DNA of 64,000 bases, taken from assembly GCA_019057385.1 (NCBI GenBank), contig JAHQJS010000005.1, forward strand, positions 96,001 through 160,000. The letters are read 5' to 3'. Source of the stretch: Candidatus Borrarchaeum weybense (lineage in GTDB: Archaea; Asgardarchaeota; Sifarchaeia; Borrarchaeales; Borrarchaeaceae). Shown piece by piece: positions 1 through 9,772 of this stretch (position 1 is its first letter; the number at the start of each line of letters is the position of its first letter). The notes beneath the pieces are model-generated. The model saw only the letters and a program-made list of their open reading frames with translations. It did not search any database and had not been told where the DNA came from. The position numbers and the translations under genes are program-made.

Positions 1-677
1 GTACCACTGCATCCTAAATTCCCATTACACATAACATGTCCAATATCCGCTTTAACATAATCTAAAATATACCCCGTATGTGTGATGATTAAGCCAGCTT
101 TTGGAGATGGTTGGGTTCTTCTGTTTTCACAATTTAAATCTGCGCAGAATAAATCATTTATAATACTGCCAATAAGTGCAATATTTTCAAGATCGACTCC
201 AGAAGTAGGCTCATCTAGAAGCAAAAGATTTGGATTTTGTGCTAATAACTGTAAAAGTTCAGCACGTTTAATTTCTCCTCCTGAAAATCCTTGATTTATA
301 TCTCGCTCTAAAAAAGTTTCTAGATTTAGTTTTTCTGCACACCCTTTCACATTAAAAGGTTTATTCTTTGCACATAATTCCACAAGTTGTTTCATTTTCA
401 GTCCTTTAATAGTTGGAGGGCGCTGAAACATATATCCAATCCCTCGTTTTGCTCTTTCGTCTATAGTTAGATGAGTGATATTTTCCCCTCGAAATACAAT
501 CCGGCCAGTAGTCACATTATAATCGGGAAAGCCCATTATTGTCATAAGTAATGAGGTCTTTCCAGAGCCATTTGGACCAAATAGTGCATGAATTTCGCCC
601 TCTTTTATCTCCAAGTTGATTGAGTGTAAGACTTCTTTGTCATCTATTGAAACAGTTAAGTTCTCAATTTGAAGCAT
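1..677 (-). CDS. sufC: Fe-S cluster assembly ABC ATPase SufC/SmsC (3' end runs off the window)
   Basis: Manual translation from ATG at 677: MLQIENLTVSIDDKEVL..GPNGSGKT (Walker A), FQRPP, GFSGGEIKR signature, LLLLDEPTSGVD, LIITH; not in the ORF track because it is truncated. Confidence 0.85.
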   Translation of the reverse strand, partial: MLQIENLTVSIDDKEVLHSINLEIKEGEIHALFGPNGSGKTSLLMTIMGFPDYNVTTGRIVFRGENITHLTIDERAKRGIGYMFQRPPTIKGLKMKQLVELCAKNKPFNVKGCAEKLNLETFLERDINQGFSGGEIKRAELLQLLAQNPNLLLLDEPTSGVDLENIALIGSIINDLFCADLNCENRRTQPSPKAGLIITHTGYILDYVKADIGHVMCNGNLGCSG

Positions 678-905
678 ATCTCAAAGTCACCTTTGAAAAC
701 TTATGGACTTTGAAAATGACAATCAATGGATAGATATTTGAATGTTTTCACATGCTAGGTAATCGGTAGTTTGTGGCGTTGAAAAAATAGAGACTTTCAC
801 TAAGAAGAAAATTTATATTCTTAGATTTTAATAATTAGAAAGCTTCAAGATATAATCGCAAATCAATTGAACAAAAGAATTTAACTTGTAAAAGGTTGTG
901 AACTA

Positions 906-1208
906 ATGAGATCTTCAAAGGGCTATAGAGCAAGGACGAGAAAGTGCCTAAAGAAACACCCGAGAAATCGAGGAATGCCTCCTTTATCAAAGATGACAAC
1001 AAACTATGAAATCGGAGACTATGTAGACGTAGATCCAGAACCAGCCATACATAAAGGTTTACCTCATCGAAGGTTTATTGGGAAGACAGGAGTTGTAATT
1101 GGTAAAAGAGGACGCGCATACTTGATCCGGATTAAAGACAAAAAGAGGGAGAAGACGCTTATCACTCTTCCAGAGCATATATCTCCTAGTAAATCAATTA
1201 TGAGATAA
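906..1208 (+). CDS. rpl21e: 50S ribosomal protein L21e
   Basis: SKGYRARTR, HKGLPHRRFIGKTG, PEHI motifs; conserved rpl21e-rpoF-DUF655-ksgA order. Confidence 0.97.
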   Translation: MRSSKGYRARTRKCLKKHPRNRGMPPLSKMTTNYEIGDYVDVDPEPAIHKGLPHRRFIGKTGVVIGKRGRAYLIRIKDKKREKTLITLPEHISPSKSIMR

Positions 1209-1227
1209 TAATCGAGAGGTAAATTAG

Positions 1228-1563
1228 ATGCCGAAAAAAATTATGGAAGAAAAACTTCTTACACTTCCAGAAGTTAAAGAAATTCTCACAAAACGTGGAG
1301 AGGATGACGAACTTGGCTATATACAAAGAGTTACTCTCGATTATACTATGAAATTTGCTGCGGCTGATAAAGACAATGCACGTAAGCTTGTGAGTGATTT
1401 AGTATCCAAATTTGATTTTGTAGATGAAAATATGGCCGTTCAGATAGTCAATGCTATGCCTACATCAATTCCTGAATTAAAAGTGTTTGTAACTGAAAAA
1501 CACAAAGTTGTTTTATCGAGTGATATGGAAAAAATGCTTGGAATTATTGATAAATACAGATAA
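1228..1563 (+). CDS. rpo4: DNA-directed RNA polymerase subunit Rpo4 (RpoF)
   Basis: LTLPEVKEIL..ELGYIQRVTLDY..AVQIVNAMP; synteny. Confidence 0.93.
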   Translation: MPKKIMEEKLLTLPEVKEILTKRGEDDELGYIQRVTLDYTMKFAAADKDNARKLVSDLVSKFDFVDENMAVQIVNAMPTSIPELKVFVTEKHKVVLSSDMEKMLGIIDKYR

Positions 1564-1632
1564 ATGGAACATTTATGTTTTCTAATTAGCTTTTTTCTAT
1601 TTTGAACTTTTAATTTTTCCAGGGGTAAGTAT

Positions 1633-2235
1633 ATGCGAGATCAAATCACAAGTCGCAATAAAAAGGAATATGAAGAATATGTGGTGGTACTCGATTTTTT
1701 GCCTCTTGGTCGACTGGGTAAGAAACCTGCATATTTACAAGAACCCCTGGTTCAAGTGGTTGGTGAGAAGCGTTTCACTTTATTAGAACTCACAACCACA
1801 AAAGATGCCCTTATCAACTTACATGATCGTTTAAACATCAATCCACGTGTAAAACGGAAAGGCGACAAAATTTTACATGTCAAGCGGCGTATAAATGACG
1901 AAGAATTAACCACAACTGCAAAAAGAGAACTACCGTTTGCAATTGAAAAAATTGTGACAATGCAAGAAACTCGTTTCGTTAAGTTTTTCAACAATGCACG
2001 CCCTATAACTACTCGAAGGCACCAACTCGAACTTTTACCTGGCGTAGGGAAAAAACTTGTTATTGATACCTTAAATGAGCGAAAAAAAGGGCCGTTTAAA
2101 TCATTTACAGATATTGAGGAACGGACACGCATCCATCCAAAAAAAGTAATCGAGAAACGCATCTTGTTAGAACTTGAGAGAAATGAAAAACACTATCTTT
2201 TCGCACGACCTCCCATCAGGGAGGATAATAGATGA
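1633..2235 (+). CDS. DUF655 nucleic-acid-binding protein (OB fold + HhH)
   Basis: EEYVVVLDFLP, FTLLEL, HQLELLPGVGKK; canonical position after rpoF. Confidence 0.9.
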   Translation: MRDQITSRNKKEYEEYVVVLDFLPLGRLGKKPAYLQEPLVQVVGEKRFTLLELTTTKDALINLHDRLNINPRVKRKGDKILHVKRRINDEELTTTAKRELPFAIEKIVTMQETRFVKFFNNARPITTRRHQLELLPGVGKKLVIDTLNERKKGPFKSFTDIEERTRIHPKKVIEKRILLELERNEKHYLFARPPIREDNR

Positions 2236-3077
2236 CAAATCTCTTGACTGAGACTCAGAAAACTTTGAATAAATATAATATCAAGCTAAGAAAACGAATG
2301 GGCCAAAATTTTCTTGTAAATTCAAATGTGCTTGATAAACAAATTGCTTACGCCAGTTTAAAAAGATCGGACACCGTCTTAGAGATCGGTGCAGGCATTG
2401 GGACATTAACAAGACGCTTAGCAGACTATGCAAAAGAAATAATAGCCGTTGAAAAAGATTCACGCCTTTTAGAAATTTTAACGGAACAATGTGCGAAATA
2501 TGATAACATTACGATTATTCACGCTGACATCCTACAGATAGATATACCTCCCTTCACAAAAGTTGTTTCAAATATCCCTTACTCAATTTCTTCACCTTTG
2601 ACATTCAAATTACTTACTTATGATTTTGAATATGGGATAATAACCTACCAAATTGACTTTGCTGAAAGACTAGTCGCAAAACCTGGTTCTCGTGAATACA
2701 GTCGGCTTTCCGTAACAGCCTATTATCGAGCACATACCAAAATCCTTGAAAACATTTCGCGAACTGCGTTTTATCCGTCACCTAAAGTAGATTCTGCACT
2801 TGTAAAAATCACACCACATCCCCCCCATTTTCGTGTAGACAATGAAAATCTTTTTTATGACGTTGTTCGTGCCCTTTTCGGTCGAAAAAACAGAAAAATA
2901 AAAACAATGCTTGCGATATATTTGGATAAACAAGAGACATCTACATCAAGAAAGCAAATTCTTCAAGAATTGACCCAAGAACTTCCATTTCTTGAAAAGA
3001 GGGTCAGGCAGATGTCACCAGAAGAAATCGGTCTTTTAACCAACCACCTCCAGGGAACGATAAAAACAGCAGCGTAA
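2232..3077 (+). CDS. ksgA: 16S rRNA adenine dimethyltransferase KsgA/Dim1
   Basis: GQNFL, VLEIGAGIGTLT, VSNIPYSIS, YSRLSV, FYPSPKVDS. Confidence 0.96.
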   Translation: MTNLLTETQKTLNKYNIKLRKRMGQNFLVNSNVLDKQIAYASLKRSDTVLEIGAGIGTLTRRLADYAKEIIAVEKDSRLLEILTEQCAKYDNITIIHADILQIDIPPFTKVVSNIPYSISSPLTFKLLTYDFEYGIITYQIDFAERLVAKPGSREYSRLSVTAYYRAHTKILENISRTAFYPSPKVDSALVKITPHPPHFRVDNENLFYDVVRALFGRKNRKIKTMLAIYLDKQETSTSRKQILQELTQELPFLEKRVRQMSPEEIGLLTNHLQGTIKTAA

Positions 3078-3093
3078 AGGAGGAACATCCAAG

Positions 3094-3705
3094 ATAAAGA
3101 CATTTAAATTCAATAACCTTGTCTTTCAAATTTTTAATGAAGTATATGAGCCTGCAGATGATTCATTGTTATTGGCAGACTATTTAAAGCACGAAATTCG
3201 CTCAAAAGATATAATCCTTGACTTAGGAACTGGCTGTGGAATCCAAGCTATCACAGCAACTACTTTAAAGGACGATGTGCGGGTTATTGCGACAGATATT
3301 AACCCTATTGCAGTAAAAAACGCAGTGAAAAACGCAAAACTAAACAACGTAAATGAAAGAATAGAATTTATTCATGGTGATTTATTTCAGCCATTTCTTA
3401 AAAAAGAGTATTTCAATCTAATAATTTTTAATCCACCTTACCTTCCTCTCCCACTACCCGATCAAAAAAAACAAGATTGGATTTCACTTGCTTGGGCTCA
3501 AGGAATAGGTTCTGATATAATTCAGAGATTTCTTCTAGAATCGAATTCATATCTTAAGGAAAATGGGCGCATCCTACTGATTATTTCTACATTATCAAAT
3601 ATTGATTTTAAAAGATGGGAGGGTACATATTCCTTTGAAAGACTATCAGAGCGTGCCTTTTTCTTTGAAAAGTTAATTCTATTAAAGATAACGAAAGTTC
3701 GTTAA
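3094..3705 (+). CDS. HemK2/N6AMT1-like (release factor) methyltransferase; probable ATA start
   Basis: DLGTGCG and FNPPY motifs; family motif VYEPADDSLLL lies in frame upstream of the ORF-track TTG (3166); AGGAGG at 3078-3083 precedes ATA at 3094. Confidence 0.85.
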   Translation: MKTFKFNNLVFQIFNEVYEPADDSLLLADYLKHEIRSKDIILDLGTGCGIQAITATTLKDDVRVIATDINPIAVKNAVKNAKLNNVNERIEFIHGDLFQPFLKKEYFNLIIFNPPYLPLPLPDQKKQDWISLAWAQGIGSDIIQRFLLESNSYLKENGRILLIISTLSNIDFKRWEGTYSFERLSERAFFFEKLILLKITKVR

Positions 3706-3828
3706 TAACATCAATTAAAATGTGGTCTTTAAATTATTTTGTGTAGATAGGTAAAATGGACGTGCATCGCAAAAGAGAGTCATGTCTGAAATCTTTTATA
3801 TCTGAAAGACAAGTAAATACAACATTAG

Positions 3829-4107
3829 GTGGAGCAGATGGCAAAACTCTATAAAGTGGTAGATGAAGATTTGGAAATCGCACCTTATCAAAATACAACT
3901 TTAATGAACGCTTCTAATGAGGTTTTCGTGCTAGACGATAGTGAAAACAAGAAAATTTGGATTTGGATTGGTAGGAAAGCCAGTACTCGCCAAAGATTCA
4001 ATGCTGCACGGTTATCTGAGAAATTAGATAAAGAGGCTGGAGGCTTACCTGTCATTAAGACGATAGATGAAGCGGAAGAACCTCAGGAATTCCTTGATAT
4101 GTTCTAA
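3829..4107 (+). CDS. Single-domain gelsolin-family protein (eukaryotic signature protein)
   Basis: EVFVLD..IWIWIGRKAS..RFNAA..IDEAEEPQEFLDMF fits the gelsolin repeat consensus. Confidence 0.85.
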   Translation: MEQMAKLYKVVDEDLEIAPYQNTTLMNASNEVFVLDDSENKKIWIWIGRKASTRQRFNAARLSEKLDKEAGGLPVIKTIDEAEEPQEFLDMF

Positions 4108-4563
4108 AAGTTATCTACTTCAAAATTAAACCAAGAAAACAGTTCTTAATCCCATAATGTTTCTTTTAATAAAGGGTAATTAAGAAACTAAGTTTATACT
4201 TTTTCTAATTTTTGCTAATTTAGTTAAGAGGAATCTATTCTTCTTTTTTAGTATTAAATGATCAGTGAGATATAGAACTCTATATGTGAAGAGATTAATT
4301 TTAATTGGAAAAACGGTGATAAAATCGTTATTTTTGAAAATTACAACGATAATATTGACAATGAGTTTTAAGAGATAAGTCTTATACATATCATTAGTTA
4401 GTCATGAGCACGAATTAGTTCTATATCTCCGAGTAATGAAACTGATTTGAGCATTAAAGGAGAGAAGGATTTATATAGACGTAATGACGTTAAATGTTTA
4501 GTACAGAGATTATATAATATCTTGATTTTACAGAATTGGGGGTACCTATAGGAGGTCAAATAT

Positions 4564-4809
4564 TTGGCAAAAAAGAAAAAAGCTGCACCGAAAAGAGCAG
4601 CTAGCAAGACACGATTAGCCCTTGCCCCAGTAAGAGAACTTATGAAAGATGCTGGAGCGGACCTTGTAGCTAAAGATGCTATTATGGCAGTTGTGGAGCA
4701 TTTGGAGACCACAATTAAAAAGGTCAGCAAAAATGCCCTTGAGCTTGTAAAACTTTCTAAACGGAAGAAGGTCACTGGCGCTGATGTTGCCAAGGCTTTC
4801 ACGATGTAA
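4564..4809 (+). CDS. Archaeal histone with Lys-rich N-terminal tail
   Basis: LALAPVRELMKDAGA..VAKDA..KRKKVTGADV histone fold; TTG start after GGAGG; poly-T tract at ~4842-4850. Confidence 0.88.
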   Translation: MAKKKKAAPKRAASKTRLALAPVRELMKDAGADLVAKDAIMAVVEHLETTIKKVSKNALELVKLSKRKKVTGADVAKAFTM

Positions 4810-4921
4810 TAACTTTGTTACTTCAATCCAGACCTTATTCCTTTTTTTTTATTATTTTTAAAAAATTTACTTTAAAGTTATGTCCTTGTTTTATATTGAT
4901 TTTCTCCTAAGAGGATAAAAC

Positions 4922-5737
4922 ATGAAAAAATTAAGTATAAATCGCTGGTGGCTTTTTGAAGGTAAAGAAATATCTGATACAATTGAAGAAATTTCCACTT
5001 TTGGATTTAATGGAATAGAATTGGATTTAGCAGACCCCACTAACTACAACATAAATGAACTCAAAAAGATATTAAACAAATACAAAATGAAGCCTTCTGG
5101 CATCGCAGCGGTAAATACTCTGTACTCTGAATATGATCTCTGTAGTTTAGAGGAAGATATCAGAAAAAGAGCGATAAATGACGTAAAAAGTTGTTTATCT
5201 TTTGCTAAGAAAGTAGGTGCACCAGTTGTCGTTATTCTTCCTGGGCTTAAACAGGAAGGAAAAGATGACGAATTGCTATTCAATAATTTCATAGGAAACC
5301 TAAAGGAACTTGGAGAGGTGTGTGAGGAACTAAATCTTAGAATTTGCATAGAGAACGCACATGGACGTATTTGTGAGAATTCAGATGATCTATTGAAAGT
5401 ATTTGAGACCATTGGAAGCCTATCACGATATATAGGCGCTGTATTTGATACAGGACATTTTTTACTCAGCAAAGAGAATTTAAACGATGTTGCAACAAAA
5501 TTAAGGCGCTACATATACCATCTTCATATAGATAACAATGGAGGCAAATTAGACGATCATGCACTGCCCACAGTGGGACTTTTAACGGAACATGATTTCG
5601 TCAAGTTTTTTGAGACACTAAAAGCAAATAACTATCAAGGTTGGTACAGTTTCGAAATACGACCTAAAAATGAAACGGTTTCTTTTATTCTTAAGTCTTG
5701 TAAAAAGTTTTTTGATAACGTTGTGGCGCAAGATTAA
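4922..5737 (+). CDS. Sugar phosphate isomerase/epimerase (AP-endonuclease-2 TIM barrel)
   Basis: GFNGIEL, ICIEN, FDTGH, HLHIDN..DDH, YSFE metal ligands. Confidence 0.85.
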   Translation: MKKLSINRWWLFEGKEISDTIEEISTFGFNGIELDLADPTNYNINELKKILNKYKMKPSGIAAVNTLYSEYDLCSLEEDIRKRAINDVKSCLSFAKKVGAPVVVILPGLKQEGKDDELLFNNFIGNLKELGEVCEELNLRICIENAHGRICENSDDLLKVFETIGSLSRYIGAVFDTGHFLLSKENLNDVATKLRRYIYHLHIDNNGGKLDDHALPTVGLLTEHDFVKFFETLKANNYQGWYSFEIRPKNETVSFILKSCKKFFDNVVAQD

Positions 5738-5856
5738 ACATTTTTTGAAAATATGTGACATGCCACGAACAGAATTAAATTATATCCCTAAATCCCATTT
5801 TTACTAGGATTGAAGACCACAAGCGTGAATCTTTTCCAGCTGAATAAGGTGATAAA

Positions 5857-6684
5857 GTGTCACTTCACAAAGAAAATATCTCCTTTTTTAATAAGAAAAG
5901 CATTCGAGAGGATAGGATCAATGAAGCTATACGGATAATTGATGTTGCTAGAAAAAAGGATGCTATCTTAAGGCTTATAGGCGGTCTGGCAGTACGAAAT
6001 CATTGTGAAATAATTGATTTTTGTGAGAGAGACTACGGAGATATAGACCTCGTAGGCTTAAAGAAGCATTTTAAGAAAATTAACGAGACTTTTAAGGAAC
6101 TTGGATACACAGAAAACAGAAACGTGGCTATTGCAACTTCAGGCCAACAGATGCAGTTCTATAAAAAAGATTTAGAAGACCACGTGGATGTCTTCTTAGA
6201 TACTTTTCGTATGGAGCATGATGTCGTTTTAAAAGACAGGCTTACTCTTGAAGATTACACCATATCTATAAGCGATATCCTGATCACCAAACTGCAAATA
6301 TACACGATGAACGAGAAAGATCTTCGGGACATTCTCACTATTGTTAAAGATGTATCTCTAGATGAAGAAGACAAATCTGGTGTCATCAATGTGAAATACA
6401 TTGCTCAACTGTGTGCGAAGGACTGGGGACTTTATACTGATATTATTTCTAATATTAACAAATGTCTTAATCTAATGCATCATTACAACCTTTCGCCTGA
6501 GGAAGTTAAGCAAATCCAAATTAAACTAAAAACTATCAAAGAGATGATAGAAAATGAACCGAAGACACGTAGATGGAAATTGAGGGCAAAAATTGGAAAG
6601 AAAAAGTCATGGTATAGGGTAGTAGAAGAAGAAGGAGCAATACCAATTTCCTTAGAAGAGGAACTTGAAAAAAGAAAGAATTAA
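5857..6684 (+). CDS. Nucleotidyltransferase-superfamily protein
   Basis: RLIGGLAV..RDYGDIDLV motif, LITKLQI..NEKDLRDI. Confidence 0.7.
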   Translation: MSLHKENISFFNKKSIREDRINEAIRIIDVARKKDAILRLIGGLAVRNHCEIIDFCERDYGDIDLVGLKKHFKKINETFKELGYTENRNVAIATSGQQMQFYKKDLEDHVDVFLDTFRMEHDVVLKDRLTLEDYTISISDILITKLQIYTMNEKDLRDILTIVKDVSLDEEDKSGVINVKYIAQLCAKDWGLYTDIISNINKCLNLMHHYNLSPEEVKQIQIKLKTIKEMIENEPKTRRWKLRAKIGKKKSWYRVVEEEGAIPISLEEELEKRKN

Positions 6685-6751
6685 ATAATAGCAACGTTTT
6701 GCAGATAAAAAAGAAAGGAGAATAACTTCTCCAACAAGAGGAACTCGGGTT

Positions 6752-7375
6752 TTAGGCTAAGTCTTTGTTTAGAGTATAGGTTCCTGTGATTTTTACTTCA
6801 GCTAGAATATGCCCTTTTATAGCTTCTAAAACCTCAGGTCTGCCGAATTTTTCTGGGACATGAATATGGTCGATATCTAAAGCGTAGAGTGTGAAATGAT
6901 AGTGGTGGATGATGGAATCATTCCAAGGAGGGCAGGGACCATCGTAACCATAATAATCGCCTTCCATGTTTTCGTCGCCCTTGAACCAATCCGTATAATT
7001 ATTGAGACCTTGTCTTGTTCCCTGTGAAACTCTTCCACTTGGCTTACCGCGAGCCGTAATGCCACTAGAAAATTCTCCCTCCTTGATGCCTGCTGAATCA
7101 GCCGGAATCTCGATAAGAACCCAATGCGCAAAATCAACACGAGGTAGATCTTTTGGCACCGTCATGCCTTCTTTATTGACTTGATCTGGTTTTGAAGGTA
7201 CATCTGAGTCGTGACAGATGAATACAAAGGACTGTGTTCTTGCGGGAACATCCGACCACGAAAAGTCTGGGTTAATGTTTTCTCCCATCTGCACGCCTTC
7301 AGGAGTGAGCACACAGAAGCCATATTTTCCTGGAATTCGCTCGCCATCTTTAAATGCAGTTGTTGTCAATTTCAT
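6752..7375 (-). CDS. YbhB/YbcL (PEBP/RKIP-like) protein
   Basis: NPDFSWSDVP, HDSD, FAHWVL, YDGPCPP, HHYHFTLYALD; start moved to MKLTT. Confidence 0.92.
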   Translation of the reverse strand: MKLTTTAFKDGERIPGKYGFCVLTPEGVQMGENINPDFSWSDVPARTQSFVFICHDSDVPSKPDQVNKEGMTVPKDLPRVDFAHWVLIEIPADSAGIKEGEFSSGITARGKPSGRVSQGTRQGLNNYTDWFKGDENMEGDYYGYDGPCPPWNDSIIHHYHFTLYALDIDHIHVPEKFGRPEVLEAIKGHILAEVKITGTYTLNKDLA

Positions 7376-7673
7376 GGGAATCTCTCCTGCTAAGCCTATA
7401 TGTATGCAAGAATTATATAATAGTTGTAGATTGTTACAAAAAAGATACAAAAATGTCTACTGCTTTAGCGATGGGAAAATGTCAAAAATTTTCAAATAAT
7501 GAGTACCTAGAATTTTCCAAAAATTTAATTGATGCACCAGCGATAATATGTTGTCAGAACTACACAGTCCTGTTCTATGCTTCGTATCTTTTTCTTTACA
7601 AAGTCTAATTATAAAACTTAATATATTCATGTTTACATATAGTTTGAGTACTATTTTTCTTGGAGGTGGAGTT

Positions 7674-8327
7674 GTGTGTAAAGTAGGTGTAGTTTTGTCT
7701 GGGTGCGGTGTATACGACGGCGCAGAAATCCATGAAGCAGTAATTACCCTTTTAGCACTTGATCGTGCTGGCTGCAAAATCGTTATGATGGCACCAAATA
7801 TTCCTCAAATGCATGTTGTCAATCATTTGACAGGGGAAGAAGCTAAGGGCGAAACAAGAAACGTGTTAGTAGAGTCTGCACGCATTGCACGTGGAAACAT
7901 TAAAGATATGAAAGACGTAAAGAGCGCAGATTTGGATGCACTTGTTTTCCCAGGTGGATTTGGAGCAGCTAAAAATCTATCAAACTTTGCGACCAAAGGA
8001 ACTGGAATGGAAGTTAATCCTGAAGTTGATCGGTTATTTAAGGAAATGTTTGGTAAAAAACCAATCGGGTTAATTTGCATTGCTCCAGCAATTGGCGCGA
8101 AGTCTGGAGAAGGCGTGACACTGACGATTGGCACTGATAAAGATACAGCAGCCGCATTAGAGACGATAGGTGCTAAACATGTAGACAAACCTGTGAACGA
8201 TATTGTCGTGGATGAAAAAAATAAGGTTGTCTCAACACCTGCCTATATGTTAGGACCACGCATATCCGATGTTGCTACCGGCATTGAAAAATTGGTTGAC
8301 CAAGTTCTGAAAATGGCACAAGCGTAA
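7674..8327 (+). CDS. elbB: Glyoxalase ElbB / ES1 (DJ-1 superfamily)
   Basis: VVLSGCGVYDGAEIHEA, RNVLVESARIARG, PGGFGAAKNL, CIAP, STPAYM; GTG start after GGAGGTG. Confidence 0.93.
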   Translation: MCKVGVVLSGCGVYDGAEIHEAVITLLALDRAGCKIVMMAPNIPQMHVVNHLTGEEAKGETRNVLVESARIARGNIKDMKDVKSADLDALVFPGGFGAAKNLSNFATKGTGMEVNPEVDRLFKEMFGKKPIGLICIAPAIGAKSGEGVTLTIGTDKDTAAALETIGAKHVDKPVNDIVVDEKNKVVSTPAYMLGPRISDVATGIEKLVDQVLKMAQA

Positions 8328-8335
8328 ATTAAAGG

Positions 8336-8369
8336 ACTGCTTAATTTAACAGCAGTTCTCTCTTTTTTT
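8336..8369 (+). terminator. Hairpin plus T-tract after elbB
   Basis: ACTGCT..AGCAGT stem followed by TCTCTCTTTTTT. Confidence 0.45.
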
Positions 8370-8479
8370 AAGGTTCATCGGCGTTCCTTTCAGCTTTAGA
8401 GACGTGTGATGAGTGATCGATGAAAAAATAATCCACATTAGATTTGTTTAACGATAAAGCCAAAAAAAAGGAAAGGATA

Positions 8480-8761
8480 TCAGACATACATTTCAGGCAT
8501 GTTTTTGTTATAATAATGAACGGATTCGCGTTTTTCTTTCAGGAAAACTAATTTTTCTGTCAATTCAGCTAATTCTGCAAAATGATCTTGAATGTCATTT
8601 ATGACATCTGCAACACGTTTTATAGACTCAAACAAGGCTTTTTGATTCTCAATAAGTATTTTTTGACCTTTATAGAGTTTTTCAAGTTTTTTATCGGTAT
8701 ATTTATTTGATTCATTCATTTTAAATACACGTTGATTCATGTTTTTTGGTATACTAATCAT
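8480..8761 (-). CDS. Small coiled-coil hypothetical protein
   Basis: Heptad-like helical 93-aa ORF with no competing ORF; start uncertain. Confidence 0.5.
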   Translation of the reverse strand: MISIPKNMNQRVFKMNESNKYTDKKLEKLYKGQKILIENQKALFESIKRVADVINDIQDHFAELAELTEKLVFLKEKRESVHYYNKNMPEMYV

Positions 8762-9035
8762 GATATGATAATACTTTAAGAACCTTTTGATTAAACAAGC
8801 ATTTGGTTAAAAGGATTTATGTTCTTTTGGGGAAAGGGTGGATTATAGTGAATGCTTTCTTTTCAGTAATTGTCTTTGAAACTATGAGGCAGTGAGAAAA
8901 AATGTAAGGCGATCTCTTAGTAACTAAAATATAATAGCCTCAAAAAGGCATAGATTCTCTCAATTATTTTATTTATTGATTAAAACCACAATAAAAGGAA
9001 AATATTAACGGGTGTGACCTTATGTGAATAATTCG

Positions 9036-9746
9036 TTAAGTTTCTGTTTTAATTGCCACAAGACCCTTTTCTCTAAGAAATTCAATTGCATCAATAGTTG
9101 CTGTCATAGATAAGGCTGTCCTTTTTGAGATTTCTCGAATAGTCAATTCCCCCTCAGTAAGAAGTGGAAGAATTTTTTGAACAATATTTGAAGGAAGATA
9201 CGGTATATAACTAGTAAGAAGGTCAAGGCGCGTGCTGATAATAATAGGTTTTAAAGAGGCCAGTTCGTATATAAGCATCTTTTCTTTTTGATCCAATGGT
9301 GGACTGGTTTGCTGGGCATCAAGTTCTGATACAAGGAAGTTGTATAAACCATCAATAAGTCCTTGAAATGGCTGCCCCTTCCTTATGGCTTTCACGATAG
9401 GTACAATTCGATGCGTAAACATCCATGCTTTTTCATACAGAAGTGATAAATAGTTTCTTTCAACAAGAATTGAAACAGTAGCAGGAACTACACCGCCTCT
9501 TTTCTCAGGATTTTCAATATAGAAATAATAAGCGAATGAAATAAACTGTTCCATAGGGAATGGAATAATAGACTTACCCTCCACACTAGATGTTTTTCCT
9601 TTTTCTTCTACACCTATAAAACAAATCGTCATGATTTTAATGACCTTATCGTTAATAAAGTCTTCATCTAAAGCATCAGGATGCCAATAAATAGGTTGAG
9701 GTCCAATGTTTTCGTCAATAACTGAATAAATGACACCACGAACCAC
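9036..9746 (-). CDS. Longin/uDENN-like domain protein with C-terminal winged HTH
   Basis: N-terminal IYSVIDENIGPQP (hD-x3-GP motif), RGG hairpin; C-terminal LTIREISKRT..IEFLREKGLV wHTH. Confidence 0.65.
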   Translation of the reverse strand: MVRGVIYSVIDENIGPQPIYWHPDALDEDFINDKVIKIMTICFIGVEEKGKTSSVEGKSIIPFPMEQFISFAYYFYIENPEKRGGVVPATVSILVERNYLSLLYEKAWMFTHRIVPIVKAIRKGQPFQGLIDGLYNFLVSELDAQQTSPPLDQKEKMLIYELASLKPIIISTRLDLLTSYIPYLPSNIVQKILPLLTEGELTIREISKRTALSMTATIDAIEFLREKGLVAIKTET

Positions 9747-9772
9747 TTTAAGTGCCTCAAAGAGATCGATTT

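Noticed and set aside
4455-4480. Histone promoter as target of the repeat-1 variable segment
   Set aside because: Similarity is limited to generic BRE/TATA sequence and the mismatches are not in the 6-nt register
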